A stretch of 64,000 bases of DNA from Hyaloraphidium curvatum SAG 235-1 (GCA_025558095.1 JAIVFI010000013.1:62001-126000), one strand, 5' to 3'; shown: positions 34,145 through 46,440, counted from the stretch's first letter. The notes: generated by a model not told the origin, from the letters alone. Made by a program: numbers and translations.

Positions 34145-35473
34145 ATGGCCCTCGCGAGCCCGCTGCGCGCCCCGCTCCCCGCCTTCCCGGACTTCCGCGG
34201 CGCGCCGCCGCCGGCGTCCCCCGCCTTCCCCTCCCTGCCGGACTTTGACCTCGCGGCCCTCGGCGCCGCGCTGCCCGCCGCGCGCCCGCGCGCCGACCCG
34301 GCCATCGCGCACGGCCGCCGCCGCCGGCGCGCGTACGCCATCGAGTCGAAGCTCGGCTGCGGCACGCAGGGCTCCGTGCGGCTGGCCACCTGCCTCGAGG
34401 ACGGCCGGCAGTACGCGCTCAAGGTGTACGAGAAGCCGGCGCGCATGTTCCCCGCCACCGCCGGCCAGGCCGCCGAGGACGACGAGGCGGAGGCCTACGC
34501 CGAGCGCGTGCTCCGCCGCGAGCTGCGCGTCTGCGAGATCGGCACGGACCACCCGCACATCGTGCGGCTCAAGGAGAGCTTCACCACCGAGCGCAAGCAC
34601 TACTTCGTGTACGAGTTTGCCGCCGGCGGCGACCTGCAGGACTACCTCGCCCGCGCCGGCGGCCAGCTCGACGAGGAGGAGGCCCGCAGCGTCGTCGCCT
34701 CCATCGCCTCGGCCATCGCGCACCTGCACACCCACGGCATCGTGCACCGCGACATCAAGCCCGCCAACGTGCTGATCCGCGACCGCCTCGACGTCGCGGG
34801 CTCCCTGTGCCTGGCCGACTTTGGCTCCTCCTTCGTGGAGGTCGACGCCCCCTCGACAGCGCCGGACTCTTCCCCCCGCGGCGCCTCCCCCGCCGAGTCC
34901 TCCCTCGCCTCCTCCTGCTCCACCCCCCTCGGCCCGCTCTCCCCGGAGGCCAACTTCCTCCCCGCCACCCTCCCCGAACTCATGCACTCCCTCGCCGGCA
35001 CGCCCTTCTTCCTCCCCCCGGAGATGGTCCGCGGCGCGCCCTACACCGCCTCCGTGGACGCCTGGGCCTTGGGCTGCACGGCGTACCAGATCCTCTTCGG
35101 CTGCACGCCCTTCCAGAAGAAGGCCGAGACGCTGGCCGACCTGTACGCCGGCATCGCGCGCGCGGAGCTCGAGTTCCCCGAGGACGTCGAGGTCAGCGGG
35201 GCCGCCAAGGACTTCCTCTCGCGGCTGCTGGACGCCGACGCCGCGAGCCGGTCGACCGTCACGGGCGCCCTGGCGCACCCCTGGATCGCAGACATGCTCC
35301 CCGCCGCCGCCGATGCGGAGGACGACGACGCGTGCAGCGTCTACTCCGTCGAGTCGGGCGTGGAGGTGCGGTTCAACGAGCTCGGCGAGCTGGAGGTCGT
35401 GGACGCCGGCAAGAGGGCAGACAGCGGGGTCGGGTGGGCAGAGGGGGAGTGGGGGCGGTATTCGCCCCGGTGA
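34145..35473 (+). CDS. CAMK-like Ser/Thr protein kinase (paralog 2)
   Basis: Intronless. LGCGTQG, YALK, HPHIVRL, HRDIKPANVL, DFG, LAGTPFFLPPE, DAWALG, AHPW. Confidence 0.92.
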   Translation: MALASPLRAPLPAFPDFRGAPPPASPAFPSLPDFDLAALGAALPAARPRADPAIAHGRRRRRAYAIESKLGCGTQGSVRLATCLEDGRQYALKVYEKPARMFPATAGQAAEDDEAEAYAERVLRRELRVCEIGTDHPHIVRLKESFTTERKHYFVYEFAAGGDLQDYLARAGGQLDEEEARSVVASIASAIAHLHTHGIVHRDIKPANVLIRDRLDVAGSLCLADFGSSFVEVDAPSTAPDSSPRGASPAESSLASSCSTPLGPLSPEANFLPATLPELMHSLAGTPFFLPPEMVRGAPYTASVDAWALGCTAYQILFGCTPFQKKAETLADLYAGIARAELEFPEDVEVSGAAKDFLSRLLDADAASRSTVTGALAHPWIADMLPAAADAEDDDACSVYSVESGVEVRFNELGELEVVDAGKRADSGVGWAEGEWGRYSPR

Positions 35474-35886
35474 ACTCGGGTTTGGCTTGACTTGCTGGGG
35501 ACGTTCTTCGTCACGGTTTCTGCTGCACGGTTGAGGAAGGGTTGTATGCGCGACTGCTGTTGCAATGCACGGGGTTTCCTGCTCTTGAAAGGCAAATTCT
35601 GGGAACGTCCAGAGTCCGGAACATGCTTCCGATTCCGGAAAGGTGGTTGATCGCCCGGTACGCCCTGTGCGCACGGAGGCGTTTGCGTTCGTTATGGGCA
35701 CAACACAGATCCAACGCTCCAGCTTGGCTACCATGACTCGCACGAGCCGATCCACCCGGGAGCGAGCTTTGGATGGCGTCCGATGTTTGTGTTCGGGCAC
35801 GTTTCGACGGTGCTCGACGGGATTGCTGGGGTTCAACTTCCAAGTCGAAGGCGAAAGGATGCTCGTCCCGGCAGAGGAATCCGAAC

Positions 35887-37167
35887 ATGGATCTCCCCGC
35901 CGCGCTGGCCGAAAACGCCCGCCTACGGAGCGAAGTCGAACTGTTGCGGTCTCTCCTTGCCGCCGCGAGCCTCGGCCAGACGCCGCCGGAGCCCGCGCCC
36001 GCGCCCGCCGCGACGGACGGCGCGGGCAACGCGGCGCGGCGGAAGGGCGAGCGGCCCAGCGCCGGCGCAGCCGAGGATGAAGACGGTCCCGCGCTGCCGC
36101 CGGAAATCTTGCTGCTGATCGGAAAGCTGCTCGCGCCGGGCACCAGGAACCTCGTGCGGTTCATGCTCGCGTGCCGGAGCAACTACGAGCTGCTGCTTTC
36201 CCACCACCGCACGGTGTTTTCCGAGGAGTTTCTGAACCCGCTGGTTGCCGTGGAACGCCGGCTTCGAATTCTCGAGCGGTCGGGGGACCTGGACCGCGTC
36301 GAGGAGCTGGTCTTCAAGGAGGAGGCGGAATGGCCGACCCGCTGCGGCACCGCCGTCGAACTGGCGAAACGGTGCCCCATCCTGTCCCGCTTCTCGGTGG
36401 CGCTGGCGACGCCGGACGATCTGCGTCTCCTGTGCGGGGCCGAGCTACGGAACCTTTCCGTGCTGGAGCTGGCGGTCCTCTGCCGGATCCCCGAGTTCAA
36501 CACGTCGTGGAGGCTGCACCTGCCGTGCCTCGATACCCTGGTGCTGCGGGGCATCGTACGCAACGAGTTTCTTGGCATGTTCGGGGACGACTCCTGCCCG
36601 AGGCTGTCCCGGATCGAACTCCGCGCCCACGTAGAGATGGCCAATGCGATGGAACTGCATCACCGGGCGCTGTCTCCCAGACTAATCCGCAAGATCAAGG
36701 CCGTCGACGTGGAGGACTGGTCGGATTTCCAGGAGATGCTCGCCACCGGCCATTTCGAACCGGAATCGGTGCGCCAGAACTGGGCCGCGGACTTTGTCCC
36801 CGAAACCTCCTGGATCGCCCTCGGCAGGCTGGCGAGCCTGGTCGACCTAGAGGTGGACCAGCTTCCCGTGCCTTTCCTGCTACACTCCCTCCCCCCGAAC
36901 CTCCGCCGCCTGGAGATCGACGCGCTCCTCGCGTGCGGCTGCCTCAACCGGGACGACGCGGACGGTTGCGTGGCCAGGCTGCAGCGGATCCCGCGGCTCA
37001 TTATCGCGCGGATGAAGGACCTGCCGTTGAACGACGAGGATTACGAGGATTACCGCGGACTCGCGCCGGACTTTGACGATGCCGAGCGGGAGGAACGGAT
37101 GGAGGCCGAGAGGAACGTGTTCCGCGTCCTCAAGCGCGACGGATTCCTGTCCGCCGGTGTCCGTTAA
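35887..37167 (+). CDS. Coiled-coil + F-box-like + LRR-like protein
   Basis: LAENARLRSEVELLR coiled coil, ALPPEILLLIGKLL and LxxLxL repeats. Intronless. Confidence 0.72.
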   Translation: MDLPAALAENARLRSEVELLRSLLAAASLGQTPPEPAPAPAATDGAGNAARRKGERPSAGAAEDEDGPALPPEILLLIGKLLAPGTRNLVRFMLACRSNYELLLSHHRTVFSEEFLNPLVAVERRLRILERSGDLDRVEELVFKEEAEWPTRCGTAVELAKRCPILSRFSVALATPDDLRLLCGAELRNLSVLELAVLCRIPEFNTSWRLHLPCLDTLVLRGIVRNEFLGMFGDDSCPRLSRIELRAHVEMANAMELHHRALSPRLIRKIKAVDVEDWSDFQEMLATGHFEPESVRQNWAADFVPETSWIALGRLASLVDLEVDQLPVPFLLHSLPPNLRRLEIDALLACGCLNRDDADGCVARLQRIPRLIIARMKDLPLNDEDYEDYRGLAPDFDDAEREERMEAERNVFRVLKRDGFLSAGVR

Positions 37168-37215
37168 CACAGTCTCCCTTGTCTGTGAATGCAAAAGGTA
37201 TCGCATCAAGGAGCT

Positions 37216-37299
37216 TCCCCCTCTCTCTTCTCCTCCCCCCGTCCCCCCCCCCTTTCCTTCCCCCCCCTTTCCCCCCCCCTTCCCCCTCCCTTCACCCCC
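37216..37299. repeat. Polypyrimidine / C-run tract (G-quadruplex potential on minus strand)
   Basis: About 80 nt almost entirely C/T, with many C runs. Confidence 0.75.
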
Positions 37300-37632
37300 G
37301 GGAGGTGCGGCTCCCCAAGCACGGGCCCGCGCGGCTGTTGGTAACCGAGCTAGGTCGGATGCGATGGTGGTGAAAGACCGTGGGCGCATATATGGATGGT
37401 GTTGAGGGGGAGAGGGAGTTTTGGGAAGAGACCCGTGGCGAGCTGAGTGTGCCGGCTGATTCGGCTGTTCGGCCCTACGCGAGCGGCGTTCGCCTGCAGA
37501 AAGAAAACACACGAAGTGAAGCCACATTTGAAATTCGCCGCGGTACAACGGCCTCGCTTTACATTTGGCATTTGGCAATAGAGCTACTGCACACTACTGT
37601 CACATCCACGAGCCCCTGTTTCGCCGTCCGCA

Positions 37633-40487
37633 TCAACCCGCGTTCTGCGTCTTGCTTATCGACTTGAGCGCCACGGCATACGACGCGCAGAGATGCGGTT
37701 TGGCGACCGAATCCGGATCCAGCCGCATGATGAAGAGGTCCTCGGCCGGGCGTTGCTCCACCACATACGTCTCCCCCGCCGGCAGTACGTACGTCGGCAA
37801 GACCGACTTTCGCCTGTCCACTGCGGGCGGTGGTGCGGTCTGATTCCTCGTGAACGCCCTTTTGAACAGGGAAGGTCCCTTTGGTGCCGCAGCGGTGGCC
37901 GCCCCCGCGGCCTCCTTCGCCGCGGCCGGCTTTCCATCCCGCCCCGGCGCCCTGCGGAGCAGCAGCACCTTCCCCGCCACCCTCAGCTTCGGGTTCGTCC
38001 TCGCCGCCAGCCTCTCGTAGCTCGCCACGAGCTTCTCCGCCACCTCGGCGCCCGCGATCCCGCGCTCCAACAGGCCGTCCGACTCCACCAGCAGCTCCCG
38101 CAGGTCCAGCGCGTTCCCGTATGAAAGACTCGGCACGGGGTCACGGTAGCACACGTACGAATCAACGTGCGCGGCTTCGGCGGCCAGCTCCCGCGAGACG
38201 GTCGGCGCCGGGCCGAAGGCGACGGCTTCGACGTCGGCGTCGGGGCGGCCGCACCGCGCGCGGATCTCGGGGAGGTCGTCGCGCAGCAGGATCGAGAGCA
38301 GGGCGGCGACGGAGCCGCCGTAGCTGTGGCCGGTGCAGACCACGCGGCGGACGCCCCGGGGGCGGAGGTCGGAGAGGTGCTGCAGGATCTCGTCGCGGAA
38401 GTTGGTGTAGATGAAGGTGGAGGAGAGGACGAAGCCCTTGTGCGAGACACCGCCGCGGAAGGGCACGTACTCGCCGTTCTGAACACCGAGCCCCGCATCA
38501 GCAAAGAGGAAGCAGGCACCGGGCAATCACACCCACCAGGTCCGCCAATGCTTCGTGCAAGCCCGCCGTACCCCTAACAGCCACAACTACGGCCTCCATC
38601 TTGGGCACGTAGCAGATGGCAAACCTGCTCGTGAACGCCCCGCCCTGTTCCATGAACCGGAGCATCTCGACCTCGCGCGGGCCGCCCAGGTACCGCACGA
38701 TCTCGGCGGCGTTGGCCCGGTTGGCCTGCGCGCGGACGAGGAGGGGTGCGGCTGCCGAGGCGCGGTAGATGGCACTTGCGAGGAGCAGCACGCGCGTCAG
38801 AATCCACCCGGAGGGATCCATGATGGCAGCGCGAGACCCACATGGAATGTTCGAGCCAGGTTTGCGCCTCCCTGACCCGCTCCAGATTCACCTCGGCGCG
38901 CTCCTCCGCGCTGCAGTACTTGAGGTCCGGGAGCAGCCCGGCGACCAGCCGCACCGCCTTGAAGGCCGGTACGGCGAACCGCAGCGTCTTGAGGTCCAGG
39001 TGCAGGCCGGATCGGTATCCGTTCCAAACGGGGTTGATCTCGCCCAGTGCTTTGGTCTTGGCCTTGACCGGCTGGCGGTCAGTGGTGGAGGTCGAGGTGG
39101 CGTGGACCTGGGGGCGCTTGATGGAGTCCATGGCGGGTTGGGACGACGGCGCGTCGCTGTTGGCCACCGAGGAAGACCAGGTGGCCGCGCGGCCGAAGGA
39201 GGCAGACTCCTCAATGAGGGTAGGGGAACCGGGAAGGGTTGACGTCGGGGTGCCGGGGAGGGGGCTGTCACTGCCGTGGTGGCTGCCGTGCTGGCTGTCG
39301 TGCCGCCCGTGCGCGCGGTGTGGATCGACGTGCTGGCGGATCACGATCGTCGAAGACAGGTCCTCGAGCTGCTTCTTGCGCCGGAGGGAGAACCGGCTCG
39401 TGGAAGTTCGCGAGACGCGGGAGGACACGGTGTCGTCGAGGGATCGGCCGGGTGCGGTGCTGATCTTTGGCGGCCGGGTCCGCATCCGCAGATCCAGGTC
39501 CCGATCGGGGAGCTCGCCGACAGTGTCCGCAGATTCTTCGTGCACAGGCTCTTCGGCGATCCGGGAGTCCGCAGGCCGGGAGTCGGCGGCGCCGGCCGCA
39601 GTGGCGTCCCGAACGAACTGGGCGGCGGTCTCGCCGGCGCGCGCGGGCGGCTCCTCGCCGTCCAGTAGCCACCGCTCGACGTCGGACACGTGCCAGAAGC
39701 CCAGCCTGCCCAGCTCGCCCTGGCGGTGGTACCTGGCCTGCTCGCCCGTGTAGGAGTAGCGGAAGTCCACCGCGACCTTCGCAAAGTCGCCGAGCAGGCC
39801 GGCCTGGGTGGCGCCCAGGTGGCCCTGGCGCACCTTGCGCACAGACCGCATGTCCGAGTAAGATGGCAGGCGGACTTCGGCTGATCCGGCCAGCGATTCC
39901 GTGTCTGATGGCTTGAGAGAAGAGAGCGGGATCTTTGTGCGCCCGAGCAGGGCCTTGTCGTCCCGCAGCTCCAGCATGGCGTGATCGAAGATCAGGCAAT
40001 GGTAATTGACCGGCAGCTCGAAACGCAGCTTGATCGGCGCGTTGAGCGGCAACCGCCTGATGGGGTGGGACTTCAAATGAACGTTGCGCAAACGCAGCTC
40101 GAAGTGGACGCCGTCCACCCCATGCTGCCCGGTCGCGTCGGCCGTCACGAACGGCAGCCTGCGGGCGGCGCTGCTGGCCAGCCGGACCTCCCGCACGGTC
40201 AGCGCCAGGGTGTCGGAGCGGTAGACCGGGTCGAACGGGCTCGGCAGCTCGGCGGGCAGCACCGCGCCCCGGGGCGCCCCGGTCTCGTCCGCATCGCGCC
40301 GCACGCCGGCCAGCCGGCCCAGCTGAAAGCCGCCCGCCGACGCCAGCTTGAGCATGCGGGCGCCGAATGCTGCGGGCATCTCGGGCAGCTCGAAGGGGAC
40401 GCCGCCGTCGGCCTCGCCGTCGGAGGACTCGTCCGCCGCCGTGGCCGTGCCCATGTCCAGCTCCCTTAGAGGCGCTTCGGCATTCAT
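37633..40487 (-). CDS. Class-3 lipase (DAG-lipase-like) with N-terminal C2-like domain
   Basis: VVAVRGT, HKGF, nucleophile elbow CTGHSYGG, AFGPAP and DPVPSLS. The N-terminal region looks C2-like (LLGRTKIPLSSL). Two introns near 38.5-38.85 kb. Confidence 0.85.
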
Positions 40488-40998
40488 TTTGCCGTCGTCC
40501 AGGACGTGTGCAGTGGTCTTCAGCCGCGTCGCAGGACCCGCCCAGTCGGGGCTTAGGCTGGTGTTATTTCCCTCGCCACGCGAAGAACCACCAGGGGTTG
40601 AAATCGGTCAAAGGAAACAGTGCGTGTGCTCGGATCCTATTAAGTTCGGTCGCAAACGGATGGCGATCGGTCAACTTAACGGGCTCCAGCTGCCGTCCCG
40701 ACTCATTAAGCAGGACATTAGCGCTGCCCGTTCGCTGTTGAGGTTGCTGGGGGACACACCGGCCATCAGTTTGGGCCGATCGGTATCCGAGTGATCAAGT
40801 CAATACGTGCACGACCACGCGGTTCGTTCCCGGTGCGATCGAGGGAGGGCCACTTGGGAGTTCGAGGGTCGCAGGGGATCGTATTATGGCTTGCGGCGAG
40901 TCGATCGTCCGATCGCCGCGTGGCCACTCGCGAGCAGCGCAAACACCACTCCGTAGGGGCCCTGCAGAATCCTTCTCTATTTTCCCTCTCCGGGCGCG

Positions 40999-42495
40999 AT
41001 GTCGACTCCTCATGATGTGCCCTCCGCGGTGTCGCCGCCGTTGGCCCTCGCCGAGGTCGAACGGGAGACGTTCCGCCGGCGCATCGCGCAGCTGGAGCGC
41101 GAGGTCGCCCAGCTCAAGGTGGCCCTTGGCAGGACCGGGGCCCCTTATCCGATAAGCGAGGACCATCCCGACAGAACAGTGGTGGCGGAGGACGAAGAGG
41201 GGCCCCGGTTGCCGCCGGAGCTGCTTCTGCGGGTTGCCCAGATCTTGGACGCCAGCCCGGACTTTACGCAGGTGGAGATGGGAGCAGGCATCCCCACCTT
41301 CAGAAACAGGTCGCTCGTGACATTGATCCGTATGACCCGGATGTCGAGGGCTTGCTACCACCTGCTTTCGCCCCTGTTGGCTTGCTACGAGGCGGCTGGT
41401 CGCGGGGAGTGGACGGGGAATGGCTCATTCCAAACACTGTGGCGCCTATCGATCGGACCCAACACAGATTCGGTCCAAAGGATGAGCTTGCCTGCTCCGG
41501 AACGGTTCTTCGCAAGCGCATACTCCATGCTGCTGCGGAGGTTCGGGAACCTGCGTTCCCTGTCAGCCAAGGTGGACAATTTGATCCTCCTCGTCACCTT
41601 TTTTACCTTGCCATTGCCCGTGCTCGAGGACTTGAAGGTTTCTATCCTTGGTGATCGAAAATTGTCTTATCCAGGAATGCGGTTGTTTCGGCTTCCGCTG
41701 CCTCCGGTTCTTCGCAAGCTCACGGTGCAGGTGCTCCCAGACGCCGTGCTTGTGGCTTCGTTCCTCCTCTCATGTCATGGACGGCTTGAACCGGACATTT
41801 TGGTGCACCGCGGGGACGGGCCTGGGGGTTCTGTCGTGGTCGCGCAGTTCGTGCAGGAACTGCCGGACCAGGTTCTGCGAATGTGGACAAGGTTCACCCC
41901 TTGCGGTTGGACCATCTTTCGAGCCCTTGCTACGCGGCGTGCCTTCAAGCCCACAACCGTGCACGCCGCCAACACGGATGTGGCGGAAATCCTCGACTTC
42001 CAGTGGATGCAGCTGATGGGCAGTGTGCGCCACCTGTCGCTGAACTGGCTCGGCCTCGAGAAGCTGGGTGCCTTTCGCGTTTGGCCTGCCCTGCAGGTAC
42101 TGCATGTCGACCACCTGGACATCAGCAAGCGCGACGATCCACAAAGTGTGGCCGCCTTCGCGGAAGAGGTCCGCCGTCTACCGAATCGGGCGCAGCTCAC
42201 CGTGAGGGAGTTTTGGGTGCAGGATTTGGTTGGCCGCGACTCCGACGCGGAGGATTCCGAGGACCCCGAGGACGAGTTCCCGCCGGAAACCAGGCGGCGC
42301 ATGTACCGTTGTCTCGAGGTCCTGCGCAAGGCCAGCCACTTGGATCTCAAGGTCGAGAACGAGGAGGCGCTTTTGGTATGGTGGGAAGCTCATGGACAAG
42401 AGGGCGGGGTCAGTGCTGGCGGACCCGCGCCAACCGACGCGGCGGGCGCGGATGGTGGCGCTGTCGGTGCTGCTGCGGATGCTGTCCAACCTTAG
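40999..42495 (+). CDS. Coiled-coil + F-box-like + LRR-like protein
   Basis: RRIAQLEREVAQLK, RLPPELLLRVAQIL and LxxLxL repeats. Intronless. Confidence 0.72.
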   Translation: MSTPHDVPSAVSPPLALAEVERETFRRRIAQLEREVAQLKVALGRTGAPYPISEDHPDRTVVAEDEEGPRLPPELLLRVAQILDASPDFTQVEMGAGIPTFRNRSLVTLIRMTRMSRACYHLLSPLLACYEAAGRGEWTGNGSFQTLWRLSIGPNTDSVQRMSLPAPERFFASAYSMLLRRFGNLRSLSAKVDNLILLVTFFTLPLPVLEDLKVSILGDRKLSYPGMRLFRLPLPPVLRKLTVQVLPDAVLVASFLLSCHGRLEPDILVHRGDGPGGSVVVAQFVQELPDQVLRMWTRFTPCGWTIFRALATRRAFKPTTVHAANTDVAEILDFQWMQLMGSVRHLSLNWLGLEKLGAFRVWPALQVLHVDHLDISKRDDPQSVAAFAEEVRRLPNRAQLTVREFWVQDLVGRDSDAEDSEDPEDEFPPETRRRMYRCLEVLRKASHLDLKVENEEALLVWWEAHGQEGGVSAGGPAPTDAAGADGGAVGAAADAVQP

Positions 42496-42576
42496 TAGGA
42501 GTGCATTCGGCTCACGGTGTTAACCTCTGTGTCGCTACACTCTGATGGTCAGCAATGTACTTCGGGGCACCCGACA

Positions 42577-44696
42577 TCACAGCTTCGGCTTCGCCGCAGC
42601 GGCGCGCTGCTTTTCCCGGTCCACCAAGACACGCCTCAGAATCTTGCCTGGGTGGGCAAACAGCTGGTCACCATCCCATCCGTGCTCTACCGGCCGCCAG
42701 CACCCACCGCTCGGGCTCTTGGGAATCTCCTCGCACCACTCCACCCCTCCCCTGAGCTTCTTGTGCGGCGACACCCGCTCCGCTACCCAGGCCGCGAGGT
42801 CGAACGGCTGCCTTCCCGGCTTGGCAACCGCGTAGGCCTTGGGCACCTCGCCCGACTCGGGGTGCGGCAGCGGGATCACGGCGCAGTCGAGTACGTCGGG
42901 GTGCTTGAGGATGGTGGCTTCGAGGTCCGCGGGGGCGACCTGGAGGCCGCTGAACTTGATCAGCCTGCGGAGGATGGGCGATGAGCCGCGAGAGGATGGA
43001 GGGCAAAGGAGACTGTTCCCACTCTTTCAGGCGGTCGGTGATGAAGAAGAATCCTTCGTTGTCGGTCCGCACAATGTCGCCCGTCCTGAGCCATCCGCCC
43101 TGAACGATGGTTTCCGCCGTCGCGTCCGGGCGGTTGAGGTACCTGAGCGAACGGAATCAGACGCGCGTCCAAACCCACTTGTTCGGCTCTTACCCCTGCA
43201 TGACGTTCGGCCCGCGCACCCAGAGCTCGCCCTCTTCTCCCTGCGGCACGTCCCGCATGGTTTCCGGATCGACGACGCGGAACTGCACCGAAGGCAGCGG
43301 GACGCCGATCGTGCCCTCGGGTGCTTCACCTAAAGGGGCATCAATCAGCGTAGTTTTGAACACCGCGAGCAAGAACAACCCACGGGCCTCGGGAACCGCG
43401 CTGCCGCCCGGCGAGATCTCGCTCATCCCCCACGCGTTCTTCACAGGGAGATCCGGCTTCCCCAACCTCTGCCTCAGCTCCTTCACCGTGTCCCACGAAA
43501 AGGGCGCGGCGGCGCACATGACCCTCCTGAGCGCCTGCAGATCGTACGCGGCGACCTCGTCGCGCTTGGCGAGCTGGAGCAGCTGCGGCGGCACGACGTG
43601 GGCAAACTCGATGCGGTACCGCTGCAGGGCGTCGCAGAAAGTGGGGAGGGAGTAGGAGGGGAGGACGACGATGGTGGCGCCGCGGACCATCGGGCGGTGG
43701 GAGACGGCGACGAGGCCGTAGATCTGGGCGGGAGCGGTGAGCCGGGATCTGGGCGGGTGCGAAGGAAGGGGCTCACGTGGTATTGCGGCAGGACGCAAAG
43801 CAGACGCAGGCCCTGGTAAGGATACTCGAGGTCGCCGTCCATGCCGTCGAACTGGAGGACGCACGAGACCACGTTGAAGTGCGACAGCTGAACACCCTTA
43901 CTGCGGCCCTGGGGTCGACCGGTCAGACGTCAGAGGGCCATGTCAACGCGCAACACAAGGAGCGACCAACCGTCGTCCCGCTCGAGTAGACGATGAACGC
44001 CGTCCGGCTCTTTGCCTCCTCCACAGTCCGGAACTTCATCGACGGCAGGGCCATCCTGTCCATCCGCGCCCGCCCCGAGGCGATGACCGTCGCCACCGTC
44101 ACCGCCTTGACCCCGCCAAAGCTCTCGAGCAGCATCCCCGGGTTCCCCGGCCGCGTCGCATCCTCGGGTAGCACGAGCAGGTTGGTGAGCGGGATGCCCA
44201 TCCGCTTCATGGCCTCGGCGGCCTTGCCGACGACCGCCTCCCCGGCCACGACGATCCTGGCTCCCGCGTCCTCGAACTGGTATTGGATCTCGTCGACCGT
44301 GTAGTTCGGATTCGCCGTCGTGACGGTGCAGCCCGCCCTCAAAGCACCCCACACGGTGTTCATGTAGAGAAAGTGGTTCGGCGAGAACATGGCCACCACG
44401 GTCCCCGGCTTCACGGGTCCCCACGGCGCCGCGGGCGCCGTCAGCCCGCGCGCAAAGCCGTCGACGTCCCTCCGCAGCTCCTCGTACGTGAGCGCCTTGC
44501 CCGACGCCCCGTCGATGAAGGCCGGCGTCGCCAGCCGTCCCGACGTCATCCGCAGGGCGTCGGGCATGCCGGGGAAGGAGCCCGGCGCGTCGCTGTGGAA
44601 GAGAAAGTCCACGATGTGCCCGGCCTGCTCGGCGATGGGCGGGCACGGGGACGAGTAGATGCGCTGCCCGTCGGGCAGGACCTCAATGTGGGACAT
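42577..44696 (-). CDS. 4-coumarate:CoA-ligase-like AMP-binding enzyme, peroxisomal (copy 2)
   Basis: Paralog of 27187-29282: same EVLPDGQRIYSSP start, YSSGTT, AWGMSE and DRLKE, with shared intron positions. Ends PKL*. Confidence 0.93.
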
Positions 44697-44927
44697 CGCG
44701 GGGGTCGTAAGATCGTCTAGAGGTCGTCGCGGACGCGCCTTGGGGCTGCTTTCCTCCGGATTGCGAATTGGTCGCGTCGAAGAGTCGTGGGAGACGGTTG
44801 GGCGGACACGGAAACGAAGGCAAAGCATTCTTTTGCCTCCCACCGCCGATCGACCTCCCTCCAGTCATTGCAAGGCACATTCAGCAACATGAAACGCCCG
44901 ATACCATGTTCGAGACACCCTGACTCG

Positions 44928-46440
44928 TCAGAACTTCAGCGCCTCGCGCTGCATCCGCTCCTTCCTCTCCCCCGCCTGCAGCATCCTCTCCCTCGCGTCC
45001 AAGATCGCCACCTCCTTCTCCATCTGCCTGATCTCCTCCTCGTAGTGCCTCTTGAGCGTCGGCTCCCGCGCGTTAGCCGCCAGCCGCGCCCGCGCCCGGG
45101 CGAGCTGGGGTAGCAGCGCCGCACGGCGGTCCGCGATCTCGAGGCCCTGCACCGTCCGGGGTTTGGGCTTGGAGGGGGCGGAGGGTGTGCCGGGGCGGGG
45201 TGCGGGGGATGAGCGGGGAGGGAGGGGGAGGGCAGGGGAGGATCGGCCCGCGAGGGCCGAGTTGAGGAAGGTGAACATGCTGTCCGCCGCCTTCGCCTGC
45301 TGCGCGGCCTGCTTGCCGACCTTGGCAGCGGGTTTCCGGTGGTTCTGGAACCCCAGCCCGCGGCCCTCCTTCGTCCTCACCGCCTGCACGGGGTCCGTCC
45401 GGCCCTGCTGCTCCCGGCCGAGGCCGCGGCCGGGGACGAAGCCCATGGCCAGGAGCAACTTGGAGGCGATGCCGCGCGTGTGGGCTTCCCAGGGCGCGAG
45501 GACGTCCGGTGGGGGTTCAAAGTCGTCGGCAGGCGAGAGTTCGTCCGGATCCCAGTCGGAAGAGGAGTCCGAATTGGAGTCCGCGGATCTGTCTCGAGCG
45601 GTGGAACTCCGCGCCTCGGAAGCGTGGAACTCCTCTTGGAACCGATCGCTCCCATCCTCGCCGTCCTCCTCCAATGGCACCACCGTAACGGGCACCACGG
45701 CCCCGTGCGGCAGCACCTGCGTCCGCGGCTTGCCCGGCTTGTTCCCCGTGTCCGCGAGCTGCACCATCACCTCGCTCCCTCCCCTCCTCTGCTCCACCAC
45801 CCTCGCGAGCTCCCAACTCCCATCGCCACGCGGTCCAATTGCGACCCAAGATCCCGGCTCCAGGCGGCCCTGCTCGTGCGGGAGAAGCTCCTTGGGGGCG
45901 AGCTCGACCTCGGACTGGCCGTCCAGGGGGCAGAGGAGGTGTACAGAGGCGGTGTTGGCAGACACTGAGGTGACCATGCCCGGCAAGAGCACGAGCGAGG
46001 CGGCAGGGAGGTCCACGGGGCCGTGGGGGACGAGGCACGCGTCGCCGACCGCAAACTCAAACGACTCCACCGCCTCATTCTCGGCGCTGGTGCCATCAGC
46101 GCCCTCGCCGGCCTCCCTGGAGCCGTCTTCGACGTGGTTCGTTCCATTTTGGGCGCGATTTTCGCCCAGCTGTGCCGCGATGGCGTCCCGCAGACCGCGC
46201 AGCTCCGCGTCCTCGGCGAGCGCGAGCAGCGCGTCGATCTCGGCCAGCTGCGCCGCGAGGTCGCCCGCGTCCCCCGGCAACGCCGCAGCATCCACATCGC
46301 CGTCATTTTCGCCGGCCGCCGACCCCGCCACGTCCTCGGAAACGCTCAGTGCCAGGCTCATTCCGCCTGAGAGGTTTTGTACCGCGCGCGAGCACCGACC
46401 TGTATCGGGCGTTTCCTGCACCGATCCCGACGTGGACATG
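44928..46440 (-). CDS. ZGPAT-like Tudor + G-patch protein
   Basis: G-patch WEAHTRGIASKLLLAMGFVPGRGLGREQQGRTDPV, Tudor-like segments and a C-terminal coiled coil ending LKF*. Start is either 46440 or 46361. Confidence 0.82.

Noticed and set aside
31765-35836. Long antisense ORFs (695 aa, 585 aa, and similar ones at 45052-46443, 48152-49681 and 51911-53866)
   Set aside because: These are shadow frames of real genes in very GC-rich DNA. They are Arg/Gly/Ala/Pro-rich with no motifs.
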